From: Zygnema circumcarinatum SAG 698-1b
Lineage: Eukaryota; Plantae; Zygnematophyceae
Assembly: GCA_037447605.1 (NCBI GenBank)
Contig: CM074823.1
Location: forward strand, 310,001 to 374,000
DNA: 64,000 nt
Direction of reading: 5' to 3'
Notes under the pieces: generated by a model
Seen by the model: only the letters and a program-made list of their open reading frames with translations
Told to the model about the DNA's origin: nothing
Databases searched by the model: none
Translations under genes and position numbers: made by a program
Shown here: in pieces, positions 23,443 to 44,701 of the stretch
Layout: the number at the start of each line of letters is the position of its first letter
Position numbering within the stretch: position 1 is the first letter of the stretch

Positions 23443-26400
23443 TGCACTTTTCTCTCTGCCTCTTTCTCTCCCTCTCTCACATCCACCAGCCCCCTCAAAT
23501 GATCCTGCTAAAAATGGAGAAGCAAAACTTAAAAAAGGCCCAGCGACTGACGAAAGGAGGCCCCAATTAAGAAAGATATATTCTTAAAATCATGATTCCA
23601 AGATGTGGGTTTTGTTCGGATGCACACAAATGTAAATAATTTCAAGATCAGTCTCTAAACCCTGATCCTGGCCCTGAGCTTTCCTAGGCTTTTGGGAGCC
23701 TGGCTACCCTAGGACCGCCATGGCCAAACCTCTAAGATTGTAAGCTGGTCGTAAAGAGGGAGAGGAGGCCCTCTCTCTTAAGGGAAGGGGCGGGGGGGAG
23801 GGGGGTCTGCGCGATTTCAAGAAGCGTCGCAGGGAGTCGCAAAACGTCGCATGACGTCGCACTATGTAAATACGTGAGTCGCTGGACGTCAAAATCCATC
23901 GCATTCCTCGTGTGCGACGGCTTCGAGGCCGCTGCTGACAGGGCCGCTCAACGCACTAAAATCTGGGCCGTCCGATCGGCCGCGAGATTCTTGGAAGTGT
24001 CGGAGCGATAAAGAAATGGACGGGTGCGATTCACTGGATCTGTCGTTTTGCAAGTGTGAAAAGGTGCAGCGATTCGGCAGATCCGCATCGCAACTGGACC
24101 ACCCGGACGGTGGAGATTTGCTTAGAGGCTGAGACCACACGTGTGAATACGCAGACGGTCAAGTGAACTGTACGGTCAGTTCAGTCGCAATGCGTCGCAA
24201 AAAGTCGTACTTTGTAGTCGCACTATTTTCAAAAGGGTCGCATGAAGTCGCAGGAGTCGCAGGAGTCGCATTCGCCGAACGACCGACAACAGTTGGAGAG
24301 CGACTGTCGAGATACCGCCTCGAAACCGACAAAGTCTATTTTGTCGCCTTTACAACGGTCCCTGTACGGACTTGACCGGTAGGGTCGTTAGATGGCGACA
24401 AAATCGTGCGGTGAGAGCGGACTCGCAACGGTCAACTGTCGACAATTTGGCACTTTCTATGTAACTATTTCACAGTTCGGACCAGTGGATCGGCAACCAT
24501 TGGACAACCATTGGATGGCAATGGTTGGACGTCTACTGGTTGGCAACCAGTCGAATGGTTTGTCTAATGGTCCGATCTGTGAACTATTTAACTATGGAAC
24601 TGCCCGCTCCTTTTTCCTCTTGGCGATGCATCTGGTGGAGTGGCGACCTTGGAGTCTGCGACCGGGACCCGCCAAGGCGACCCTTTAGGAGGTCCTTTGT
24701 TCGCTTTGGCGCACATTCGTGCGCTTCGAGCTTCGGCACAGGCTTTTCCAGGCTGCCTTTTTCCATCAGTGGCCGACGATACTCATATCATTGGCCCTGC
24801 TNNNNNNNNNNGCTTCTAGGGCTGCGTTGTTGTGCCTAGGCGTAGTTTTCCGCTCCTAGCTTCGTTTTATTGTGTTTCGGTCCTTTGTGACCAGTCCTTC
24901 GTGGTTCCACATTTTGCCTTTATCCATGTAAATTTGATGGCCTCGCCATCGCGAGTTCAATGAAAGTTTGCGTTACGCTTATACTTGGAAGTATTGCCAT
25001 TGATCTCACGATGGCGATGCCATGAAACGTTCATGTTCAACAACAACATGGGGAACCACGAGGAACCAGACTCTCATAAAGGACCCCAGGAGGCAAGAAG
25101 AGTGCTATGAGCTGAACTCTGCTTCTAGGCCCAACAACAACACGCCTCTAGAAGCAGGAAAATAGGGTTTAGGGCTTAGGGTTTAGGGTTTAGGGTTAAG
25201 GGTTTAGGGTTAGGGTTTTCAGGAAGTGTAAGCCAATTCCAACATGCAACGTGTTGTCGAACTTATGGACGTGACAATATAGTTTTTGGGGATGCTCGAA
25301 TATTTGGTTACTGTATTCCGAAGGATATGATCCCAGCATCAACGGTCCACAATGTACACACGTGTGAGATTGTCACGTGACGCATCCAGGACTACGAGGT
25401 TTGCGAGGGCATCGCCGGCTGGGAATTTGGAATCGATTGTACGGCATATAAGGACAGTGCGTACTACGTACGGACTAAAACTGTACTACGGTCAACAGCA
25501 ACTGGACAAATACTGCACTGTAACTGTAACTAAAAAGTTGTCACATGACATAGATCAGTTTGAACGACCCCGCATGGAACATTGAAATTAAATCTCTCGT
25601 TGAGATAACTGTGACACACGGAACCGCAGTTTGGCCGCTTTGTCTGCGACCCATTCCGTTCCGTTCCGTTCGGAACTGTTCAAACACGGAGCCGCCGTGC
25701 GCCCTTTGTTCTCTGTCAGCAGTTGCGTTCAGAGTATACGGTAATTGAACGCCACGCTATTACATAGACACGGCTGAGACGGGTCAGAATTAGGGCTTTG
25801 CAGGAACCCCTATTTTCTGGTTTAGGGTTAGGGTTTAAGGTGTACGGACGGATAGAACGGTAGGGTATAAGATCTATGGCGGCAGAAGCTAGGGTGTAGG
25901 ATTTAGGGTTTAAGGGTGAACAATTGAGGGGAGTTCAGGAATTGGGTTTTAGGGCACAGAGCTCGAAGTAGAGCTAGAAAGATTCAGTGAGAGGGTTTAG
26001 GGTTTCAAATTGAGGGTTTTTGATAAGGATTTAGGGTTTTGAGGGTGCGAATCTAGGGTTGAATTCTGGGACCTGGGTTCAGGGTTAAAGGTTTTGAGAA
26101 ATTTGAGTTTCGGGAGTTTTCAGGGTTCAGGACGAGGTGAAGAGACGCCGGAAATCGCTGAAGGAGAAATCGCTGAGGTGAGACGTGAAGTCCTGGGCTT
26201 GCGGGTGGGGGAAGAGGGAGGGAGGGGGGGGGTAGGGAGAGAGGGGGAGGGAGAGATGGAGGGAGAGAGGGGGAGGGAGGAGGGAGGAAGAGAGCGGGAG
26301 GGAGAGAGGGAGGGAGAGAGGGGGAGGGAGAGAGGGGGAGGGAGAGATNNNNNNNNNNGGGAGAGAGGGGGAGGGAGAGAGGGGGAGGAAGAGAGGGGGA

Positions 26401-26966
26401 GGAAGTGAGGGGGAGGGAGAGAGGGGGAGGGAGAGAGGGAGGGAGAGAGGGGGAGAGAGTGGGGGAGAGAGAGAGGGGGGGAGAGAGGGAGGGAGAGAGG
26501 GAGGGAGAGACGGGGAGGGAGAGACGGAAAGGGAGAGGGGGAGGGGAAGAGGTGGAGGGAGAGTGGGAGGGATAGACGGAGGGGAAGAGGTGGAGGGAGA
26601 GAGGGAGGGAGAGACGGGGAGGGAGGGGGGAGGGGAAGAGGTGGAGGGAGAGACGGAGGGAGAGATGGGGAGAGAGAGGGGGAGGGGGAGAGGTGGAGGG
26701 AGAGAGAGAGGGAGAGATGGGGAGGGAGAGGGGGAGGGGAGAGGTGGAGGGAGAGAGAGAGAGGGAGGGGGAGGGAGAGAGGGGACAAGAGTGGGAGGGA
26801 GATTGAGGGTGAGGTAGAGGGAGGGAGGAGGGAGGGAGGAGGGAGAGGAGGAGAGAGTGGGAGGAGAAGGGATAGGAGGCGAGAGAGTGAGAAATGAGAG
26901 CAAGGCAAAAGGGAGTGGTGGTATGAGAGTGAGAGGGGGGAGAGGGAGGGGGGACACACACAGATA

Positions 26967-27002
<36 letters not shown>

Positions 27003-27207
27003 TCAGCCGTTCAGGATCAGCCAGCTGTTTCCCCCCCCCGGGGCTCTATCCTATAATATCATTGAGTTCATTTAATAAACATATTTTAACGATATGTATC
27101 CCTTTGATATGCATTCCTTTGCCGTGGTTTAAATGAGATCATAAGACATGAAAATACCACTCATACGAAGCTGTGGGGGTTCAGGGACAGCTGGCAGCGC
27201 CTCAGCC

Positions 27208-28770
27208 ATGTGGAGGGCGGCGCTTCCTTTATGGAGATCTTCCGTACAGAGTGGGACACGTGGCAGCCTAGGAGAGCAGGCGGTGCGTGGACTTTTGACT
27301 TGTGTTGACTTTGGCTGACTTCGGTCGTCTTTGTCTGTCTTTGTCTCTCTCTTCCTCCCCCTCTCCCTCTCCCTCGCCCTCCCTCTCTCTCTTTCTCGCT
27401 CTCTCTCTCTTCCTCTCTCCCTCTCCCTCTCTCTCACCCGTCTCTCGTTCCCCTCCTCTCTCCCCCTCTCTCTCTCCCCCCCTCTCTCTCTGTCTCCCTT
27501 TCTCTCTCTCCCTCTCTCTCTCGCCCTCTCTCTCTCCCCCCCTTTCTCTCTGTCTCCCTCTCTCTCTCTCTCTCTCTCCCTCTCTCTCCCTCTTTCTCTC
27601 TCGACGTATACATGGGCTTTTTTTTCCTTTGGGCGGGGCATGACATGTAGTTTTGTTTTGTTTCGTTTTGGAATTCGTGTACTTATTTTGTGGAGTCTGT
27701 GTTGTGTCCTTGCCCGCAGGGTGCGTTGACCTCTCTGATTGGTCCGTTCGCGGGCCAATCGCGTGCCTTCATTCAGCTGCGGACGGAGCTGGTCGTGGCG
27801 GACAACTCGGGGGCGAAGAGGGTCATGTGCATCAAGGTGAGGGGAAAAACCCTAAAACCCTAAAAACCCTAAAAACCCTAAAAACCCTAAAACCCTAAAA
27901 AGCCTTAAACCTTAAAAACTCTAAAAACCCTTGGAACTCTCAAAGCCGAAAAACGCTTAAAACCCCAAAAACCCTTGAAACTCTAGAAACCCAAAAAACC
28001 CCTTAGCCCTTAAACCCTTAAACCCTGACAACCCTAGAAACCCTTAAACCCTTGAAACCCTAAAAACCTTAAAAATTGTAGAACTCGTTTATATTCAACA
28101 ACCCCAAAAGACCTGCAACTCTGTAGACCTTAAACCCTCGAAACTCTAATAGCCCTCATACGACATAGGCCCCCACTACCCCTTCTTTCCCATGTCACTT
28201 TACGCCACGTCACGTCACGCACATCATGTCACGTCACGTCACGTCACATCACATTATATCACATCACGTCACGTCACGTCACGTCACATCATATCATATC
28301 ATATCACATCACGTCACGTCACGTCACGTCACGTCACGTCACATTATATCACATCATGTCACGTCACGTCACATCATATCACATCACATCACATCACATC
28401 ACGTCAAGTCACGTCACGCCACGTCACGTCACGTTTTTTTTCACCCCCTTTTTCGGAGGGAGTGCCGCAGGTGTTGAAGGGAGCGAAGCCGAACGCGGCG
28501 GGGCTGGGTGACGTCATCATCGCGTCGGTGAAGGACGCGCTGCCCCGCGGCAAAGTGCGCAAGGGCGAAGTGGTGACGTGCGTGGTCGTACGGACGGCCG
28601 TCCCCACGCGCCGCGCGGACGGGTCGCTCGTACGGTTCGACGACAGCGCGGCCGTGATCGTGACAAAGGCGGGGGAGCCCCTCGGGACGCGCGTCTTCGG
28701 GCCGGTCCCGCACGAACTGCGCGCGCGGAAGTTCGTCAAGATCCTCACGCTCGCGCAGCACGTCACGTGA
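27208..28770 (+). CDS. MRPL14: Mitochondrial 50S ribosomal protein L14 (uL14m; HLL/HLP-like), 3 exons
   Basis: Exons 27208-27282 (presequence-like MWRAALPLWRSS), 27720-27836 (FIQLRTELVVADNSGAKRVMCIK), 28471-28770 (GDVIIASVKDALPRGKVRKGEVV..RFDDSAAV..GTRVFGPVPHELR). These are classic uL14 motifs. Confidence 0.93.
27845..28150 (+). repeat. Telomere-like (AAAACCCT)n tract in uL14m intron 2
   Basis: Seen directly. Confidence 0.88.
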
Positions 28771-29260
28771 CGTGGTGTCATGGTGCGTCACGTGACGTGA
28801 CGTGATGTGATGTGATGTGGCTAGACGAGACGTGATGTGATGTGTGTGACGTGACGTGACGTGTCGTGTCGTGATGTGGCTAGACGTGACGTGATGTGAC
28901 ATGACGTGACGTGACATGGTGACGTGACGTGATGTGATGTGATGTGCGTGACATGGCGTGACATGGCTAGACGTGACGTGACGTGACGTGATGTGATGTG
29001 CGTGACGTGACGGGATGTGATGTGGCTAGACGTGACGTGACGTTACGTGATGTGACAGTGGCGTGGCGGCAGCATGGGGGTACGACGAGCGAGTTCTGTG
29101 ACGTTACACAGCGTGACGTGACACGGAGGAAATGCGATGCGTCATGGCGTGACGTGTCGTGACGTGACGTGACAAGGCTTTGGTGTGAGGCGTGATGCGA
29201 GCACATGGGGGGATGCAACATCACATGATGCCATGTGACGTGACGTGACGTGACGTGCAG
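28192..29260. repeat. Inverted pentamer satellites (TCACG)n 28192-28432 and (CGTGA)n 28762-29260 flanking uL14m exon 3
   Basis: Seen directly. The second array starts inside the last codons (CAC GTC ACG TGA). Confidence 0.9.
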
Positions 29261-30079
29261 CATAACGGCAGGTGGATGGATTGCCAAGCAATGCGACAGA
29301 TGTCACATGAGGTGACGTGGCACGGCAGGAGTCAAGGTGGGTCAAGGCCAAAAGGACGGAGGGAGGGAGGGAGGGGATGATGAAACCGTTGACTTGAGCT
29401 CCGCACGGAAGAAGGAAGTGACGGTTGGAGGAGGAATGGTTGACTTTTGATTCTGGAGTCAACCTGTGACGGTCATTGGCATGATTGCTTGGCTTGACTT
29501 TGGTCAATTTAGCAAAAGGAGAGGAAGAAAAGTCAAGGGAAGAAGTTTTCTATTGGTCAGTCATTAGTCATAGCTTTTAAGCTGGGAAATAATCACGCTC
29601 GGAGGATTTTCAGGTTTTTTAGATGTGCTCTTTTTTTAAATAGTTTTCTACGAATGGAAATAAATATTTTTGAAAAAACCAATACTTCTTGCTTGTGTGT
29701 GAATCTAATCATCATGGAAAAAAAGAAGTGAAAAATCAAATCAGGCAAAAATCCTAAATCTTGCGCGCATCCTTAAACAGTTAAACCAGCTAAATCAAAA
29801 AAAAGTACATCCATAAAAATTCCAGTCTCTAAACCAAACCGAAACCCTAAGCCTATCTAAACCCTAAACCCCTACATCCTCAACCCGAAACCCGCCTAAA
29901 CTCGACATCCTCTTAGACCCTAAACTCGCCAGAACCCTATACCCTAAAGCCGAACACCATAAACCCTCGCCCCTATGGCCTCCCTCCCTCCATTCAGTCT
30001 CCTCCCCCTCCTCCCCCTCCTCCCCCCTCTCTTCCTCCCCCTCCTCCCNNNNNNNNNNCCCCTCCCTCTCCCTCTCCCT

Positions 30080-38784
<8,705 letters not shown>

Positions 38785-38787
38785 GAC

Positions 38788-38830
<43 letters not shown>

Positions 38831-40825
38831 AAGGGAAAGAGATAGAAAGGGATGTAGGAAAGAGAGAGAGAGAGGGGGAGAGTGAGACTGAGGAGAGGGG
38901 GATACGAAAATGTGGTGATGGAGGGGGGCGAGAAACGGAGGGAGAGGTAGGGCACAGGGAGCGGAAGGGAGGGAGATGGAGAGGGAAAAGTAGAGGGGAA
39001 AGGGAGAGGGAAATGGAGGAGAAGGATAGGGAACGGGAGAGGGAGAGGGAGAGGGAGAGGGCAGGGAGAGAGAGAGAAGGGGGGAAAGAGAGGAGAGGGA
39101 GTGGGAGGGGAAGAAAGGAAGCAGTGAAGGCGACGGCGAGTGAGAGCCAGATGGAGAGGGAGAGAGGATCGTACGGACTTGTACGGCGAACCGCAATTTT
39201 GGATCCATTCTCGTGCTCGTCCGTACGACTCCAACAGCTCCTGGATCGCGATTGGTGCAGGCAGTGGGCTGTTTTGTCCGTATCCGGAGGAATCGCAAAA
39301 GGGATCTCCGCAAATCAGATCGGCCGATGCCTTTCACGTTTTTCTCCCTGTACAACAAATTTTGTGATCCTAGGATACTGCCAAAAGTACGATTTTCCAC
39401 TTGAGATTCGTCAGGAGTGAATCTGTGATTCGATATACTGATGTGAAAATCTTTGCTTAGGTTGATCTTAATCTGCGTTCTGTCATTTAAGACTTAAATG
39501 ATCTTGTAGATTTTACAAGAGTCATTGCACGGTGAAGGAAAGATTCGAGAAGAATCCAAAAATCGAATCTGAAGATTGTCTCCAGTCGGTTGGGAACTTC
39601 TGAATCTGAATAAAATCTTGGGGTGGTCTTTTCGATCCGATCTGTACGGTACGTCATTGCCCAAACGGATCTCCTTGTCGGATCGCTAAAGCCAAACGTG
39701 CAATAGTACAAAAGTGTACGACAGCATGTCAGCAATGTCTTGAAAGATTTTCGCCAAAGATGGGGACAAAAACAAACGTAACAATAAATCGCCGTAGGAT
39801 TGATCATTACATTTTGAAATCTATTTAGAAAAAAATCGGTTAAGTACAATTAGGTCACAAAATTGCATTTGATTTAACGATGCCGCGTGTCAGTCAGATA
39901 TTGATCCTTGGAAAATCTTTGGGGACCAATGGGAAGCTTCAAGCTTTCGATGCTTTCAAATTTGCCGGATCAAACTGTACGGATGGTCGGCTGATGACCG
40001 CTAGCGAGAGGCCATCTCCATGTGCAAAATCTGTTAAACAGCTTAAAAACAGTTTAAAGAAGATTTATGTGCTTCATAGCGTGCTCAGTTACTAGTTCAG
40101 GAAAACGACATGTATACCGTTAAAGATGGTTCCAACTTCCGTACACCTTCGAATTGTTCCGTACAGTATTGTACGAGCATGTACCGAACAAGACACCACC
40201 GACATTCGTCAGGTCCTTTGGCCAGAAAAATCCAAATATGGATTCTCAAGGCGCGATTTGATGCCACGTGACTCCAACCCATTGGCGCCGGATTAGAGTG
40301 CAGCGAGGTGTCTTCTCAGGGAGGTCGACAATGAGACGAAGCAGCCAATCTGGGAATGGCACGTGTACACAGCCACAGGTGACAAGCCAGGATTGGTCGA
40401 CGGCGGCTAGATCCTTGGAAGATCTTGAACTTGTCGTCCAGCGAATTGGACACAAGTGCGAGGGGGAGGGAGAGTGGGAGGGGAGGGGAGGGGAAGGGAG
40501 AGGGGGAGAAGGAAAGGGGAAGAGGGAGAGGGAGGGAAAGGGCGAGAGAGAGAACAGAGATACGAAGACGGAGAGACAAGTAAGAAAAGGAGGAGGGAGA
40601 TAGAGTGAGCGGAGAAGGGAGAGGAAGCGAAGGGGGAGAGGGATAAAGAGAGTGACGGGGAAGAGAGGGAGAGATAGGCAAGCAAGGAGGTAGAGCGCGG
40701 GAAGGGGGAGGCACCATTGAGATTGTGTGAGCGAGAGAGATTGAGAGAGAGACAGACAGAGAGACTGAGAAAGAGAGAGAGACTGAGGAAGAGAGAGAGA
40801 GAGACAGAGAGAGAGAGAGGGAGAG

Positions 40826-42453
40826 ATGGCTGCTAAGGCAATGCTCGCTCACCTTCTCCCCGCCATTGCCATGGCTGCCCTCCTCTTCTCCGCATCGGCC
40901 GCCGCCGCCAATGTGACCGGTTTGTCCTCTGCCTCCCTCCCATGCCATGCCATGGCCCCATCCATCCATGCGCGCGCATGGCCCAGCATGCATGCATGGC
41001 ATGGCATCTCTCTGGCTGACGTCATATGCTGACGTAAGCGTGTTTCCTTTTCCAGAAGGGCCCGCCAGCAACGCGTGCTATCCGAACTACACGTGGCAGA
41101 AAGGCGACACGTGTCCCAAAGTCATCGCGATGTTCTGCGGCCCGACATCGACCAAGTCGTGGTATGCGTGCCTAGGTCGGTCTCCCTCCCTCACTAATTC
41201 ATTCCCTCTTTCTCTCGCCCTCTCTCTCCCTCTTTCCGTCCCTTCACGTCTTTCGCTCCCTCTCCCTCTCACTCTCTTCTCTACTCTACGCCCACTCTCT
41301 CTATTTTCCCTTTATTTTTTGGCGCCCTCTCGCAACCCCTCGCTCTCACCGTATCTTTCTCTCCCTCCCCGTCTCTGCTCCTCCTTCCCTCGATCTCTCC
41401 TTCTCTCCCATTCTCTCAATCTCTCCCTCCCTCCCTCCCTCCCTCCCTCCGCCCTCCGCCCTCCCTCTCACTCCCATTCCTTCCACTTTCTCTCCCCACC
41501 GTTCTCTCCTCTCACTACCTTTACTAACTTATTGGCAGCCCTCTCCCTATCCCCAACTTTCCCTCTCCAGCCCACTTCAATCCGTCCTTCCCTTTCCCCT
41601 CTCTCTCCTATACTCTCCTCCACTCTCTTCCTCTCTATCTCCCTCCCCTCTCTCCCCATCTCCCACTCTTCTCTCTCCTCTACCACCCTCTCTGCATCTT
41701 TTTTGCTGTTTTAATTGGTCTCTCTTCCTCTCTCTCTCTCTCTCCCTCTCTCACACTCACTCTCTTTCTCTCTCCTCCCCCCTTCTCTGTCTTTCTCTCC
41801 CCCCCTCTCTCTCGCTCTCTCCCCCTCTCTCACACTCACTCTCTTTCTCTCTCCTCCCCCCCTCTCTGTCGCTCTCTCGCCCCCCTTCTCTCGCTCTTCT
41901 CCCCCTCTCTCACACTCACTCTCGTTCTCTCTCCTCCCCACGTCTCTGTCTCTCTCCCCCACCACTCTCGCTGTTTCCCCCACTCTCACACACACTCTCT
42001 TTCTCTCTCCTCCCCCCTCTCTAACTCTCTCTCCCCCCCCTCTCGCGCTCTCCCCCTCTCACACTCACTCTCTTTCTCTCTCCTCCCCCTCTCTCTAACT
42101 CTCTCCCCCCCCTCTCGCTCTCTCCCCCTCTCTCACACTCACTCTCTTTCCCTCTCCTCCCCCCCTCCCCATCTCTCTCTCCCCCCTTCTCTCGCTCTCT
42201 CCCCTCTCTCACACTCACTCTCGTTCTCTCTCCTCCCCCCCTCTCCGTCTCTCTCCCCCCCCCCCTCTCTCGCTCTCTCTCTCTCTCCATAGGTCCGAAG
42301 GCTGGTGCATGTATTGGAACGGGCACGGATTGGGTTGCCGGCAGAGTTATTTGTGTCAAAACTTGCTATAGTTATCTCCAAAAAATTGTGGCCCATTGCG
42401 CCTTTAGTGGGCTCGAGCAGACGGTGACAACAAACGCAACTTCGCCAATTTGA
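40826..42453 (+). CDS. Small secreted LysM-domain-like Cys-rich protein, paralog A (124 aa, 3 exons)
   Basis: Exons 40826-40919 (signal peptide MAAKAMLAHLLPAIAMAALLFSASAAAA), 41056-41175, 42293-42453, all phase 1. Mature part CYPNYTWQKGDTCPKVIAMFC..STKSWYACL..C..WVAGRVICV fits the Cys-containing LysM pattern C-x2-3-Y-T-x3-GDTC...G-x-V-x-C-V. Confidence 0.78.
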
Positions 42454-43139
42454 AATGGAGAATTGAAGGGTACTGCACCCCCTATTTCGGTTATCCCATC
42501 CCCCTTTTTGAAAATTTTGCTCGCCCATTTTGGATATTTTGGTTAAGTCTTCTTTTTGTATGAGAGTTTTTAATTTTTTTTGGCCCTTACTTAGTTCAAC
42601 ATTAAACCTGCGATTTCTAAGCGCTCCAAAGCGCGCCAATTTGAGGGGGACATCAAATTTCAACTTTTTCCAATACGTTCACGCGAGAGCCCAATTTCTC
42701 CCGAACATGGGTTCAATTCCAACCGTCCGATTGCAAAGATCGGGGCCATCCGACGGCTACGAGCCTCTGCCGAACCACAGTTTCAACTTTGGGGACATTT
42801 GGCATTGTCTTTTTAGTGTTGGTCGTTCCTTTTTCTCCTTCAGAAGTTTTGAAGGGTTGGATTTCAAGGGCCTTCTATGGTAGAAAAATAGGAGAATGAA
42901 GGAATCATTGCCATTTTGGGGTTTAAGGGTTTAAGTATCACGGGAAAAGAGAAAACTGTATTTGCGCAAAATCTTGCCAATAAGAATCAGCTTATTTTAA
43001 TGAGTGGTGTTTGACCGAAGTAATATCAACCTGAACCCTACTCCTAGCGCTTTAAAGAGTTCTCATTTTCAGGTCGTGCTAAATGATGATATCCAATAAA
43101 GCCGACGAGAATAAACGGATCGGTCCCCTCCAACAATGA

Positions 43140-43320
43140 TAAACCCTAAACCCTAAACCCTAACCCTACACCTTATTACCTAAACCCTAAACTCTACGCG
43201 TTATAACCTAAACCCTAAACCTACACGTTATAACCTAAACCCTAAACCCTAAACCCTACACCTTATAACCTAAACCGTAAACCCTACACCTTATAACCTA
43301 AACCCTAAACCCTAAACTCG
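43140..43320 (+). repeat. Telomere-derived minisatellite (AAACCCTACACCTTATAACCT-like units) between the convergent LysM genes
   Basis: About 5 variant units interspersed with AAACCCT. Confidence 0.8.
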
Positions 43321-43508
43321 AGCCCACGAACTTTACGAAGCTCGGGAATCCTAAAACGTCCAGCTCTTGTCTTTATTTCCTTTTCCCAAAACCGTGACCT
43401 ACTCCGCAAACCACCCCTTAATCCAAAGGACTAAAACCCAAAACCCAAAAGTCATATATTCTTCGAACAAAGGACCAATCAAAAACCCTAAAAAAAACTT
43501 GACCGAAT

Positions 43509-44701
43509 TCAGATTGGCAATGCGGCATCTAATGTCGCCATTTGCTCAAGTTCAGATATGACGCAATTCGCCACTTTTAAATTCAAATAATTGTAACATG
43601 TCGCAACGCAAATGATTCTGCCGGCGGTCCATGTCGAGCCCGTTCCTATACAAAGGCCGGCATTGGAACCTAAGGAGAGAAAGGAAAGGTGGGAGAGAGC
43701 GAGGTTTTGTTTAATCAATGTTCACCACCTGAGAGAGGGAGGGAGGGAGGGAGGGAGGGAGGGAGGTAGGGAGGGAGGGAGGAGGGAGGGAGGGAGGGAG
43801 GGAGGGAGGGAGGTAGGGAGAAAGCCCAAGAAGGTTAGAAAGGAAAGAGGTAGGGGGGGGGGGGAGGTGGTGTATATAGAGAGGGAAATTACAGAAAATC
43901 TTAGTAAGGGGGGTTAGAGTGGCTGAGAAAAGAGAGAGGGAGGGAGATACAAAAGGGAAGGGAGAGGGGGAAGAGAGCAGGAGAGGACGAAAGAGAAAGG
44001 GTGGGAAGGAGGGGAGAGCGGGGGGAAAGAGAGGGAGGGGGGAGAGAGTGAGAGGGCGAGAGATAGAAGAGGCAAGACGGAGAGAGCTGGCGAGAAAAAA
44101 GGCAAAAACAATAAGGGAGTGGAGGAACATAGAGGTGGGGAAGGGATATTTATGGAGAGAGCGAGAGAGTGCGAGAGGGCTGCCAATAAACAAAGGGAAA
44201 ATAGAGAGATTGGTCGTAAAGATGGAGAAGAGGGTGAGAGTGAGAGGGAGAGAAGGACGTGGAAGGAGATAGAGAGAGAGAGAGAGATAGAGAGAGAGAA
44301 AGAGAGAGAGAAAGAGAATTGGACAGTGAGCGAGAGAGGGAGGGAGACCGACCTAGGCACGCATTCCACGACTTGGTCGATGTCGAGCCGCAGAACATCG
44401 CGATGACTTTGGGACACGTGTCGCCGCTCCGCCAAGTGTAGTACGGATAGCACGCGTTGCTGCTCGCGCCGCCGCGGCCTGGGACACGCTTACGTCAGAA
44501 TATGACATCAGCCTGAGCCATGCCATGCCATGCATGCATGCTGGGCCATGCGCGCGCATGGATGGATGGGGCCATGGCATGGCAAGGGAGGGAGGCAGAG
44601 GACGCACCGGTCACATTTGCGGCGGCGGCCGATGCGGAGAAGAGGAGGGCAGCCATGGCAATGGCGGGGAGAAGGTGAGCGAGCATTGCCGTAGCAGCCA
44701 T
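43509..44701 (-). CDS. Small secreted LysM-domain-like Cys-rich protein, paralog B (126 aa, 3 exons)
   Basis: Exons 44701-44608, 44478-44353, 43669-43509, same intron positions and phases as paralog A. Peptide CYPYYTWRSGDTCPKVIAMFCGSTSTKSWNACLGSNAGLCIGTGSTWTAGRIICVATC. Confidence 0.78.

Noticed and set aside
39420-40260. AT-richer block with ORFs 39487-39849 and 39880-40095 as a transposase remnant
   Set aside because: No recognisable motif, TIR or TSD.
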